Shown here: positions 15,266 through 28,275 of the stretch, piece by piece | Layout of the letters: each line of letters opens with the position of its first letter | Numbering within the stretch: the stretch's first letter is position 1 | Origin: Octopus vulgaris | Taxonomy: Eukaryota | Direction of reading: 5' to 3' | NCBI GenBank assembly: GCA_951406725.2 | Contig: OX597814.1 | Coordinates: forward strand, 60,078,001 to 60,142,000 | DNA length: 64,000 nucleotides | Translations under genes and position numbers: made by a program | The notes under the pieces: generated by a model | The model's database searches: none | Seen by the model: the letters and a program-made list of their open reading frames with translations, nothing else | Told to the model about the DNA's origin: nothing

Positions 15266-15320
15266 AATCACTACACTAGGCCTAGTTTCGCTTATTCTGT
15301 AGGCACCGTCAGTAGTGACT
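15266..15320 (-). ncRNA. Degenerate minimal type-I hammerhead ribozyme motif
   Basis: Minus strand: agtcacta CTGACGG t gcct acagaat aagc GAAA ctag-gc-ctag TG tagtgatt; helix I and palindromic helix III pair, helix II has one mismatch, two core positions deviate (A9>G, H17=G). Confidence 0.65.
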
Positions 15321-15355
15321 ACTCAAACGGTCGATAGTTTGTCTAATTCCGTCTA

Positions 15356-15418
<63 letters not shown>

Positions 15419-15712
15419 TCTTTTTACCATAAACATATATGGCTGATTTAGCAAAATGATAATGGGTATAATAAAAATTAACATAAACAGCTAGTTGCAT
15501 TATAATACCATGAAGGAAAAATTTATATGGGTGCACTCAAGCATCTGTATATAACATATACACGTACTCACACATATAACTAAATATATATGCTATTGCC
15601 TATGAGGAAACTAAGAAAACATTGCTTAGAAGTAGGCACTAGGGATTTTGACCTTTAAATTTTTGGAAAAAAATGCGGATTATACTCGAGGATTTACGGT
15701 ATATACATATAT

Positions 15713-15764
<52 letters not shown>

Positions 15765-15969
15765 GTGAGGTATTGTCCGGATACCGTATTGGCTCTCAAT
15801 TAAGCTCCAGTTAACGGTTAACCACAAAGATCAATATCCAACATCTGTGTCTACCTTTTGTTATTAGTCACTCCGAGAACTATACCGACGAGCAAACTAG
15901 AGTTTTCGTCGCTAGACGGAAAAAATTGTCTCGAGTATGTGTTCATAGTAATAATAATGAAGATTATGG

Positions 15970-16170
15970 AGATTTGTACATCCACATAATTTATTTTATG
16001 GTTATATACAGTATATTATAATGACCTACACCTGTTTCCTTGATGAAGCTACACCGAGAATATTGCAAGGTTGCACTACCAACAGAGTAGTTGCTACAGC
16101 AGAAATACATGTAGGTCATTACAATATGTTGTATATAACTATAAAAGAAATTTTGTGGATGTACAAGTCT
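15970..16170 (+). mobile_element. Inverted-repeat element with a degenerate hammerhead-like core
   Basis: Arms 15970-16038 and 16102-16170 are imperfect reverse complements; TTGATGA (16040) a gct...cagc a GAAA tacatgTA ggtc spans the spacer and the start of the right arm. Confidence 0.65.
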
Positions 16171-16191
16171 TTAAACTTGCTATTATAATTA

Positions 16192-16270
<79 letters not shown>

Positions 16271-16273
<3 letters not shown>

Positions 16274-16676
16274 AGTGGCTGTGTGGTAAGTAGCTTGCTA
16301 ACCAACCACATGGTTCCGGGTTCAGTCCCACTGCGTGGCATCATGGGCAAGTGTCTTCTGCTATAGCTCCGGGCCGACCAATGCCTTGTGAGTGGATTTG
16401 GTAGACGGAAACTGAAAGAAGCCTGTCGTATATATGTATATGTATATATGTGTATGTATGTGTGTGTTTGTGTGTCTGTGTTTGTCCCCCTAGCATTGCT
16501 TGACAAGCGAAGCTGGTGTGTTTACGTCCCCGTCACTTAGCGGTTCGGCAAAAGAGACCGATAGAATAAGTACTGGGCTTACAAAGAATAAGTCCCGGGG
16601 TCGATTTGCTCGACTAAAGGCGGTGCTCCAGCATGGCCGCAGTCAAATGACTGAAACAAGTAAAAGAGTAAAAGAG
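16271..16676 (+). mobile_element. SINE family A, young full-length copy next to (TA)n
   Basis: A box TGGCTGTGTGG, B-like GGTTCAGTCC, CORE-like catgggcaagtgtcttct, internal microsatellite, tail (gtaaaaga)2. Confidence 0.92.
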
Positions 16677-16759
16677 TATATATATATATATATATATATA
16701 ATCAGACGATATGTTAACTTTGTGAAGGGATGGTTGGGAAATACTGGTCCAATATCTAG

Positions 16760-17164
16760 GGCGGCGAGCTGGCAGAAATGTTAGCACGTCGGGTGAAATG
16801 CTTAGCGGTGTTTCGTCTGCCGCTGCGTTCTGAGTTCAAATTCCGCCGAGGTCGACTTTGCCTTTCATCCTTTCGGGGTCGATTAAATAAGTACCAGTTA
16901 CGTACTGGGGTCGATATGATCGACTTAATCCGTTTGTCTGTCCTTGCGTGTCCTCTCTGTGTTTAGCCCCTTGTGGGTAGTAAAGAAATAAGTATTTCGT
17001 CAGCCGTTACGTTCTGAGTTCAAATTCCGCCGAGGTTGACTTTGCCTTTTATCCTTTGGGGTCGATTAAGTAAGTACCAATTACGCACTGTGGTCGATGT
17101 AATAGACTTAATCTCTTTGTTTGTCCTCTCTATGTTTAGCCCCCTCTGGGCAGTAAAGAGATAA
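16760..17164 (+). mobile_element. tRNA-related SINE family D with internal tandem duplication
   Basis: ggcggcgagctggcagaa...gagttcaaattccgccgaggtcgactttgcctttcatcctttcggggtcgat; about 180 bp repeated from 16992. Confidence 0.85.
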
Positions 17165-17223
17165 TGACCCAGTATTTTGGGGGAAATGAAATTCCCTTAA
17201 AATAATAGATATATATATAAAGC

Positions 17224-17676
17224 ATATAGTTTATATCCAGTTAAAAGAAGTAAAGAAAATGTAAATTAGGCAGTTAATAATTGTTTATTGTTAACAACAA
17301 ATTGGTCATCTTCACTTCTTGCAGCCTTTTCAATTAATATCGAATAATTTAATTACAAATTTGTACATTAAAATTTGCATTTATATGACATGAGTAATAA
17401 TTTCGTCTGAGGAAAAACTTTCGATGTTATATGTGGACTTATCAATTCATTTGATAAGCCCACATATAAAATCTAAAGGTTGATCTTTTTTCCTTTGATG
17501 AAATTATTACCCATGTCATATAAATGTAAATTTAATTTACAAATTTGTAATTAAATTATTGAGTATTAATTGAAACGTCTGCAAGAAGTGCAATTGGCTA
17601 ATTTGTTGTTAATAATAAACAATTAACTTCCTAATCTCTATTTTCTTTTCTTCTTTTAACTGGATATAAACTATAT
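17224..17676. mobile_element. About 450-bp foldback palindrome in (TA)n; arms carry hammerhead-like remnants
   Basis: atatagtttatatccagttaaaagaag...cttatcaa [ttcat] ttgataag...cttcttttaactggatataaactatat; arms pair along most of their ~220 bp. Confidence 0.9.
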
Positions 17677-18244
17677 ATATATTTATATATATATATATAT
17701 ACAAGAGATCATTTTTGGTTCTTTTTATGGAGACAAAAGGGTTTATAAGACTGGAAAAGAGAAAAGAAGTGCAAAATGTAATTGAGGCATGAAGAAAAAA
17801 AAACATTGATCAGAGAACAAACATCAAAATCGAGTTAACGACTTTATACATAACACCATTTGATCATGTATAAATATTACCATGGCCTTTCAGCATATAA
17901 AGAATACATATATAAAATACACAGAAGCTAAAAAATATAAATGCAAATAACAATATAGAAAGGCCTATCAAGAAGGTATATACAATCGCCTAAAACTACT
18001 AAAGCGCGTCATGCGACATAAGATAAATAAGATAAAATATCAACTGACTAAAAAGACTTTTCTTACTCCCCTCAAACAAAGAAATATATGTCAAAAAAGT
18101 TCATTTTATAAAAACCATGGTAGTTTGGAGTCCACGATAATACCGTACTAAATTCTGGTGCCTCAACGTAGGTACTTAATTCATCTGAATCTAAATTTTT
18201 ACTATATATATATATATATATAACAGAAGATTCCAGTGTAATCC

Positions 18245-19120
18245 ATAGGCAGGAAAGGTGCAGCTGAAGTGTAGAAGGTCCAGTAGAAGTTGGTGGGTGA
18301 AGAGAGGAGACAGGTAGAATCCGTAGCAGTGTAGAATCCACCTCAACTTCTCTTCCTTCTACCCTAAACACCCCAAGCTTTCCATCCCCTATTCCCAATT
18401 CCTTAGTGACGACCATGGCTCTTAGTGATGACCGTGACTTTGAGACTCAGTCTCAACTCATGGCTCGCCATTTCATCTTACGTGGATATCCCCTTCATCA
18501 CTATCCACACCGCCCTTGCCAGTGGACCGTGCATCTGCTCTTCCTCCCCGAACCCGCCCCGCCGTCTCCCGCCTCCTACCAAGCTACCAACCTACCTCTC
18601 CAACGCACCATTCTCCGTGCCTTCCAGCAACCCCAGTCCTACCCCTCCACTTCGCACATCTTCCCTATCGACCCCTCCCCTCCTTCAAACGAGCCCACAA
18701 CCTACGAGACCTGTTGGTCCACAGCTTCTCCCCTAACCCACCCTCCCAGCCCGGCTCCTTCACCTGCTCCCGCTCACACTGCCGCACTTGCTCTTATCTC
18801 TCCTCACCGGCATCCATCATCGGCCCTATCACATTACCGACTCTTTCACCTGCACTTCTACTAATATTATCTACTGCATCTCCTGCTCCCTCAGCCCTTC
18901 TCTATACAAACGGGACCCCTCCGATACATCCGACTCGGCAATGACACCCCGGTCTCGCGCCATTTCCGTTCTACCGGTCACTCTTTGCAACACTTGTCCG
19001 TGTTCGAATTGTCTTTGCACAGGGGCCATCCGGACTCCCGTTTACGCCGTGAACAAGGATTAACCTTCTCTCCTCGCTCTTTGTGTCACATGGGCTCAAC
19101 TCTCCTCCCCTCTTCATCTA
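18245..19120 (+). mobile_element. Penelope-like element remnant (RT thumb + GIY-YIG endonuclease, Neptune-like) with an inverted 5' RT piece
   Basis: Plus strand from 18338: HLNFSSFYPKHPKLSIPYSQFL, SDDRDFETQSQLMARHFILRGYP, FKRAHNLRDLLVHS, CSRSHCRTC, FTCTSTNIIYCISC, HFRSTGHS, RLRREQ, HGLN. Minus strand 18245-18340: VSSLHP/NFYWTFYTSAAPFL (late RT motifs). Confidence 0.85.
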
Positions 19121-19522
19121 ACCTCCTCCCCTCCCCTCTCTCCCCCTCACACCTACATCCTCCCACCCATCTCTCCTCTCTTGCTCCGACTCCTACCTAC
19201 CTTCTTCTTCCTCCCTTCATCGTCACCCCCTCGTAAGCCGACCCTACCACTACACATTCCAACACCACCTTCCCTATCCTTCCTCATCCCACCCCACCTT
19301 CCCTATCCTTCCTCATCCCACCCCACCCCACCCTTTACACCCACTCCCACATATCCTACCTTCACCCCACCCTCCACATACCCACACCTTATCTCTACCC
19401 CCACCCTTCCTTTCCCCTCTCCCTGCTCACCCACCTCCCAACACCATCACACCATTCACACACCACTACACCTTACACCATCATACAACACCACAGATCA
19501 CATCATAACACACCACCACAGA

Positions 19523-19597
<75 letters not shown>
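19120..19597. repeat. C-rich low-complexity tail followed by (CT)n(TA)n
   Basis: Pyrimidine/C-rich degenerate repeats directly after the GIY-YIG fragment. Confidence 0.8.
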
Positions 19598-19598
<1 letters not shown>

Positions 19599-19689
19599 CA
19601 ACAAGTATATCCAGAGCTAATATATAGAGAGGTAATATATATAGGAGAGTCACCGAAGGCGATGAAAGGAAAAATCAGATATTGAATGG

Positions 19690-19765
19690 AGAGCATAAAG
19701 TCGGACGAAATTTCGCTATGCATTGTATTCCGCGTGCCAACGTTTGTGCCAACATGCCACCTTCT
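19690..19765 (-). mobile_element. Degenerate SINE family D head
   Basis: Reverse complement ttggcacaaacgttggcacgcgg..aatgcatagcgaaatttcgtc resembles ctggcagaaatgttagcacg...aatgcttagcggtgtttcgtc. Confidence 0.55.
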
Positions 19766-22700
19766 TGCATTGAATCAATAACAATTGCATGCTTACTCAG
19801 CTGTTTAACAACGTATGTACGAAAAGTACGAGATTTTCTATCTATTTTTGATATATAACCAATGCTAGTCGATTGTAGCACATGTGTTATTGTTATTATT
19901 TTCCTCAAGGGTATTAAAGAAGCGTCAGTGTATTTAATTCATTTTTTTTCTTTTTGAAAATTGAAGCCTATATTGCCTCGTTAGGAACTTACTAGGGATA
20001 TTTTTCGAAAGATATTTAGTTGTATACATTCCTGATTCTAAGTGATTCCCTGTTGGGAAATATAATAAATCTCAGAGCTATAAGCCAAGAGAAAACAAAC
20101 CAAGAAATGAATCGACTACAACTGGAAAAAATCACGAACGTCATTGAGAAGACAGCTGTATATTTGTTTAGCCATTTTTACTGTAATTCAAGAAGTATTC
20201 TCGAATTAAATTCAAACATCATGATCATTAAGATTTCGCAGTTTCTGTTTTGGAGCTAACAATTTTATTTTTATATGCAATAAATTCGAATTTTTTTTTT
20301 CAAAAAAAGAACAAAGCAATATATTGCTTTACTCCTCTTTTTGGCCACTTGTAGCTAAATATATTCTTTCTGATAAATATTAATATTTTCTTCAAATGCA
20401 ACAAGGCTGTCAAAATTCGTTATGAGAGAGTTAATAAACCATAATGTAATTTCATCTTAAGCATTATCAAAATAGCTTGAAGAATCCAGCTTTCATAAAT
20501 GACTTCTTTCTTAATGCAAAATACATCTGCTTAATAAAAAAAACTGCACTGTAACGATGTGGCTTTTATATAATTCACCTAACTTAAACCATTTCTATTT
20601 CACACATTTGAATCATATTTCATCCTTAATAGTTACATGAAATTATCTATTTCAATTGAAATTGATAACCACAGACTTAATAATGAAGGTTCTCTGAAAT
20701 CTGCATTGGTTTCATTTCGCTTTAACCTTGGGATCGCTCACTTTAATTTCTAAAATAATTAATCTTCTTTCAAAAACAAGACACTTGAGATATGACCAGT
20801 AAGGCAGCACGATCGATCTATAGATAATTTCCATTACTCTTCATAGTGATCTTTGGCCTTCTGTTCAAACTGGAGGCCACATAATGTTAATGTAAAAAAA
20901 CATATTTTTTATGACTCACACGCTATCTGTCAATAGTACTGCTGTAATCTCCAGGCTACACTGCAAACTCCAGTTTTGCTTTAAAGTAATATGTCTACAT
21001 ATTCAACGAACTACATTATATATTCAACGAACTACATTATATATCCAGTTACTATGGATAAAATGTTCTTCTCATATCCTCCTGAGTTTATCACCAACTT
21101 TTCAAAACTAAGCACGCTCTTTGAAATTAATACACGTTATCTTCTAGCTATCTCACTTTTACTACGCCGACACCGAAACGTTGCTCACTCTCCAATGTTT
21201 GCATCATGACACACTGAAACGTCAAACACTGTTCACCTCATGTGAGCAAAGAAGATTCAACACAAAATATTCAGCCAAAGACGTTCTGCAAAGTACTGAT
21301 ACAGTCCAAACAATCCTCAAAATATTAGATAAAATCTGCTAATTAACATGACATTAGCTATATATCTGATAAACAAAAGAACGATGATCATTGTTAGAAC
21401 GATTTTCGTTACAGATGCATGATCAGAGCCTAGATAATGTCAGCAAACAAACGTCGAACCTGTTCTCTACCTCAACCATTACTTTTTCTACTTCGATTGC
21501 TTGATTTCTGACTAATGAAGGCAACATATACCATATTCCCGAACAATCTTGTAGTACTATTTACCCATTAATATTTTGAAGTTACACAAGTTTGTTGTGA
21601 ATACTAATAGCAACAAATTCATTACACCTCCGAACCATCTGAATTAGCTAAGCTTATGTATTACACTTATCTTTCTTAGCATGTTACCTCAATTTATGAA
21701 ATACATGAAGTCCAACTAAATCTATGAGGGTCAATACCGGAAGGAAAGTGGTTATCCACCAAAAACAACATTGATTTTATCAACTCTTTTAAGATTAACA
21801 CTAGAAACGGAAACGGTATATTCGTTCACTACAATAGTTGCAAGTTCATTTGCTTTCCACATAGCACCAATATATGTGTCTATTTTCTTTCTCGGGAGAT
21901 TTCAGCAAATTTTGCATTACTCTCTTAACACTCACTAGTTTCCTAACTATCGATTCATCCTTGTCGATGGCAAAATTTCAAAGATAATAAGGAGTTGTGA
22001 AGGTCCGTCTTCCTTATTAAATTCTCATTCCTGTTGGCACGCTCAGAGTTACAGATCTCGATGTATTGTTCTGCATAATTCGACACATATCTAGCTCAAG
22101 ATAATATCAGCGAAGCACCGACTGTTCTTACCAGTTTAATATAGTATTGTTTCATTCATACTCTCATTCCTTTGATATTAGGGTTTCTCAATGTTGAGAG
22201 ATATTACTTTTAGATATGCACGAACCTCAATACAACCTGGCCAGGCATAAGTCTCTGTCGAACAAGTTATCCACTCATATTTCTTACAACACTTTCATTC
22301 ATTCACTAGCGATTTATCTTTCTCTCCTTTCAGATAATACACACATTGCTATGCGAGTGATAACTCGTGTCACACTTTCTTAATCAAGTTCGTGTCAAAA
22401 ACAAATTTAACATGCCTTTTAACAACAAAATGTCACAATCATTATTCTACTCAAGGACAACACAGAAATTTCCTTTTCAAGTTACTCCAAATGCTAGTCT
22501 CACTCCTTCTGGTAGTTTTTATTCAATGTAACATACATAGTATTGACAAAATTACATCACAAAAATAGCCATAAAAATATCGATATTTCAGCGTTGATCT
22601 GTTACTAACGCTAATAAGCCCAAATAGTTTAGTTTTCGTTACACAAATATCCGAAGCTGAAACCCAAGGAAAGCTCGCATGACTTTCAATTGCTAATAAA

Positions 22701-23304
22701 ACTGTTTTATTTCGTTCTCTCTCCCTTTCTGTTACCATCCTTCTCCCTCTCCATCCTCCTCTCCTCTCTCTTTCCTTCCCTCTCTCGTACAACCACTCTT
22801 TCTCTTGTACCACTAGAACAACCGAGCCTTGTACTGAAAAATATCTATCCATATTCCCATAGCTCACCTGTCATCTGTCTCTTCTCTCCCTGTTATACTC
22901 TCTGCCATGCCTTAATGAAGGTTTTGATATTTCACTCAAACGTTTCACCACATTCTCCTGTACAAATATAGAATCAGCTATCAAACAATATACCAACATC
23001 ATCAATTTTAACATTTCTGGTAGCGTTGCAAAAATGAGTGTCCAACTTATTTGATTCCTAACGTTCCTACCTCTGATTCAGAAGATTATGGTAAATAGAT
23101 CGATTTTTAGCTTTGTGAAAGAAGAAAAGGGATCTTATATGACTGAAATAGCGATACTGATGTTTAATCTAAATTCTTCTTATTTAATTGTGGTCAACGA
23201 AATATACAAGCTTCCGCTACTACAAACGTATGTGCTACTGGAAAAGTAGTTTCATTCCCGGAAGCTACAAATGACTGTTTTCTCGCCTAATAAAAATATC
23301 ATGG

Positions 23305-23718
<414 letters not shown>

Positions 23719-24293
23719 GAAATGAGGTAATCAGAAGATCGTATAGTTTATATGTACAGATATTTATTTATATATTACATTTTATATATATATATCATAT
23801 CACTTAGATCATTAACGCTTTCTCCCATTCTAGTGGGGTTTTCAAATCAAACTAAATTTCTGTGTGGAGAATTTTAATCATTTTATAGAGTTTCGTAGTG
23901 GTGGGGAGGAATATAAGACAGTACAAGAGGATGAGATGGATGAGGAGAAAGTGAGAGAGAGAACATGTGTGTATGTGTGTGTGTGTGTTTGTATCTGAGG
24001 TGAGTGCTAAAGAGAAAGAGGGGAAGGGAAAGGGAAGAAGAAGGAAATAATTTTTTGGGGTCTGCTGGACAGAATATTGACTCCAAGGGGGTTCTAAGAA
24101 TTTCAGCTTTGACCACTTCACAGTGTCACTGAGTGTGTGGTGGCGGGGAGGCAGGCCATGGATTATATTTCCTTTTATCATTGTGAGAATGGTCAAATGC
24201 TTTTTGGGGTTTAAGAATTCTTTCCACTTTTTATGATCGTTTTGTGGAGGTGTGTGTGTGTGTGTCTGTGTGTGTGTCTGTGTGTGTGTCCGT

Positions 24294-24339
<46 letters not shown>

Positions 24340-24427
24340 GTCTGTGTGTTTGGAGAAGGGAAGAGAGACAAAAAAAGAAAAAGAAAAATATGGGAGGAAG
24401 GGGGGAAAATTGTGTTGATATTTATAC

Positions 24428-24870
24428 CACTATATATACATGCTTATACATGAAATATTAGAAAAAAAACCTTTTATCGATTTAAAATGAACAACTAAAT
24501 TACACCATCTTGAAAATTGTATATCATAGGAAAGTTAAAATTAAAGTGACAATTAAAAGGTAAAGATGAAGTAAATTATAAAAATAATATAATGTATATA
24601 ACAGGCAATATATATATATATACACACACACACATATATACATATACACACACATACTAAATGTACTACTATATTAGATTGTAAATCGAAAGATGTGTCC
24701 TTCAATGTCACTATATATATATATACATGCTTATACGTGAAATATTAGAAAAAAAACACCTTTTATCGATTCAAAATGAACAATCAAATTACACCATCCT
24801 GAAAATTGCAAATCATAGGAAGGTTAAAATTAAAATGACAATTGGCAAATATAACAGGTAATATATATAT

Positions 24871-24913
<43 letters not shown>

Positions 24914-24968
24914 TATTAAATGTTCTACTATATTATATTGTAAATCGAGAGATTTGTCCTTCAATGTA
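24428..24968 (+). repeat. Two-copy tandem duplication, units about 260-280 bp
   Basis: atacatgcttatac.tgaaatattagaaaaaaaac...gtccttcaatgt occurs twice, from ~24428 and ~24709. Confidence 0.9.
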
Positions 24969-25025
24969 TGATGAGTAAAATTTCAGCCATTTAATTTGGG
25001 GGAGAACTTAGCTATGAGAACTTAG

Positions 25026-25066
<41 letters not shown>

Positions 25067-25295
25067 CTTACAAAATATATTCTATTCTAATCTAGGAAAA
25101 AGGCCCGAAATATAGGGGGAGAAGCCAGTCGATTAGATCGACCTCAATATGCAACTGGTGGATTTTTTCTTTATCGACTCCGAAAGGATGAAAGGCAAAG
25201 TCCACCACGCCGGACCCTTACAAAATATATTGATTCAGATATACGCACACATATGAATGATTGTGTGTGCACACGCGTCAATTCAAAGAGAACGT

Positions 25296-25520
25296 GAAAG
25301 CACGTAGCTTAGTGGTTAGGGGATTGAAATCGTAAGATGGCTGTCTCAATTCCTGTACCAAGCGAAGCGTTGTGTTTTTGAGCAACACACTTCAGTTCAG
25401 GTTGCTGGCCAGAAAAGAGCAATCCTGCGATGGAAGTGTGTCCCGTCCAGGCAGGGAATATATACGCTACAGAATCCAGAGAAATCACCCTTATGAACTT
25501 CTTGCTGGGAAAGGACTTTT
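25296..25520 (+). mobile_element. Old tRNA/CORE-like SINE family C
   Basis: tagcttagtggttagg...ttgtgtttttgagcaacacacttc...cctgcgatggaagtgtgtcccgtccagg; homologous to 47300-47535. Confidence 0.7.
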
Positions 25521-25747
25521 GTTCCTTTGAGATGCAAGTAGAGCAGAAACACGCAATCATATGATAATAAATGTATGTGTGTTGTACGTTTGCACTCAAC
25601 TAAGACCACCTTGTTTTGGTTAAATATTGAAATTGGTGAGCAAAGTAATCTGTGAATATTAAGGTGGCTATTTAGCATCAACGTTGGTTTATTTCTTCGG
25701 TAATCACGTCTTTATTTTAACTCATTATGTCATCTTTGTGACATTAT

Positions 25748-26256
25748 GTCATCTTTGTGACATTATGTCATCTAACACCAGTTAATTTTGTGACTAGCAG
25801 ACACCGAAGTGACTATTCATAAATAGTATACCACTGTTAACTTTGAAAATAAATAAGTATGAATACGTTAGCAGTGGTGAACATTTTGAAGTAGAGATGC
25901 GACAAGACTGTGAAGTTACGATGTTTGTTCACAATCTTCGTTAGAGTAAGCAGAATGTTTTGAGTGCTAAGCAGAAAACACAGTGGCACGTTTACGTCCC
26001 CCAAACGTCATCTTTGTCTCAGTTCGTCACCTTACACCAGTTAATTCTGTGTCTAGCAGACACTGATGCAAACTGTATACCACCGTTAACTTTGGAAGTA
26101 AATAATAACTATGGATACCAATTCAATGCGTTAGCAGCAGTGAGTGTGTTGTAGCATAGATGTGGTAAGACTGAAGTTACAATGATTATGTGGCATCATC
26201 GTTATTACTGCTTTGTGTCAAGTAGAAAACACAATGGCAGGATTTCGTTCCCAAAA
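25748..26256 (+). repeat. Diverged two-copy tandem duplication (~255 bp), overlapped at its start by a 19-bp tandem repeat (25722-25772)
   Basis: gtcatctttgt..acaccagttaatt.tgtg.ctagcagacac..gttaacttt..agaaaacaca.tggca repeated at 25748 and 26007. Confidence 0.85.
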
Positions 26257-27919
26257 TTAATACACAACATATACTTTAGGTTTTTATATAAATTTTATTA
26301 TGCATCATGTTTAGATACCGGTTCTTAAGTTTAAGAAATAATTTACAGCATAAATATTTAAATAATAAATAATTGCTTTAGACTGAAACATAAAAAACAT
26401 CATATTTACAAATTTTCACTTATATAATCCTTGTAGGCCTGGAAATGACTTAAAATGTCGTTATATACCTAATATATTCAGTTATAAATTGATAAGCTCT
26501 GTTAAATATAAATCTCTCAGCAGAATTTTAGTCGCCAGTTATTGATATTTTCGAAACGATTCTTAGTCTTTCATGATTGTTTGTTACTTTTTTTATCTTA
26601 TTTTTACTTCGGTGTAAAATTGGTTACTTATTTTTGAAGTTACAATTTGATGCATAAGTAGTTCTGCTTGACTGTATGTATGTATGTATGTGCGTGAGTG
26701 CGTGTTTGTATATATGGTGTCATGTACTTTCTTTCTCCTTATACGTATGAGTATTTACTATGATTTACCAAAATATTGATTTTCTACATTGGAACACAGC
26801 CAAAATTTTAAAAGGGAATTTTAGAATGGTTGTCGAGTGAACGTGTTTAAGGTGGTGTATGGAATATATTTGTGTGTCGTACTAGAAAACAAAGTAAACT
26901 CGTGCGACTTCTAAATTTCGAATAACAAATAAAAGGATCGCTGTCCTTCTTGAGACGTAGGTTCAAAAGGCAGGCTTCCCAGATATATGGCATATATGCC
27001 CCACGCCCACACCTCCTGAACAGGACACTACTCTGTCGCAGTATTACTCATTTTTACCAACTGCGTGGACTGGAAGAAGAATCGAAACTACAATTTTATA
27101 ATCATGCATGCAACAGACTAATCCCTAAGCCACGTGCATCCACAAATTTCGAACTCGCAGCCATTGATACTTAAGATCAGGTGCAACCCTGGGTGCGTGA
27201 TTTAGAAGATATATTTATGTATCATATCTGCAGGAGTCAATATAGAACAACTCTTACTCTAGTGACACCTAATGAAATAGAAACACAAGTCGACAGACAA
27301 AAGGTCTATCCTCCTTTATATCAAATCAATTTCAGACAATTATTCTTCTACTGAGATTATCTACACTTTCTTTAGACATGATCCCAATTAACGGGGCATC
27401 TATTTGTTTCTCGCAAAGGAAAGACAATTTCAATTCACCAAGAATTCAAGCGGAAAGTTATTAAATATGTGCGCGCGCGGGAATGTGAGAGTGTATACAT
27501 GTATGTATTTATGTGCGTCTGTGTTTCGGTAAATTTGAGTTTTCTCTCGCAGCATGCCAGCCAGCGTTGATTGGGTTATGTTTGTAATCAAATGGTTCGG
27601 CAAACTCAATAACAGCCATCCTTAAAATAAATAACGGTAGAAATTTTTGTCCGATTTCAACTTCAAAGCGTTGTCACAATATGACCGCACTCCAGCAGTG
27701 TGTGTCTAAAAGAAAAAACACACACACGCATACATCAGGGGACATATTTACAAATATATGTATGAGTATTTGGGTAAAGAAACGAGAGAAGAGAAAATAC
27801 ATTTAGATGCTCCAGACCATTTTCGCGACCCATTTTTAAAATCGTCAGAACAGCATGTGGGACGAAACTATGAAAAATAATGTGTCTGTGTGTGTGTGTG
27901 TGTTGTATATTCTTTTATT

Positions 27920-28275
27920 AGTTTTGTTTCAGTCATTTGACTGCTGCCATGCTGGGGGAAGAGAGTTATTGGTCAAATGATTTTACCCCAGTAATTGTTT
28001 TTATCTTTTTAAGCCTGACACTCAGTCTATCGGTCTCTTGCCAAACCGCCAGGTAGTGGTGGTTAACATAGAAACAAACTCTCTCCCCCCCCCACACACA
28101 CACACACCTATATATGTATACGACAGGCGTCTTTCAATTTCCGCTACCAAATCCGCTCACAAGGCATTGGTCGGCGCGAGGTTATAGCAGAAAACATTTG
28201 CCCAAGGTTTCACGCTGTGGGAGTGAACCCGGAACAATATGGTTTGGAGGCAAACGTCCCATCACACTACCACTA
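27920..28275 (-). mobile_element. Degenerate SINE family A
   Basis: ttgtttcagtcatttgactgc.gccatgctgg...ctaccaaatccgctcacaaggcattggtcggc. Confidence 0.8.

Noticed and set aside
16739-17179. Short inverted flanks aaatactggtc / gacccagtattt around SINE-D
   Set aside because: Only 11-12 bp, imperfect, with no TSD; not enough to call TIRs
20780-22500. Possible ancient LINE on the minus strand
   Set aside because: Too decayed; no RT or endonuclease motif could be read convincingly
23805-23852. Minus-strand TTGAAAA-cccc..ggga-GAAA-gcgt-TA
   Set aside because: Two core mismatches and a weak helix I; compatible with chance
24428-24968. Tandem duplication as a second ribozyme array
   Set aside because: No CTGANGA...GAAA core with pairing helices in either copy
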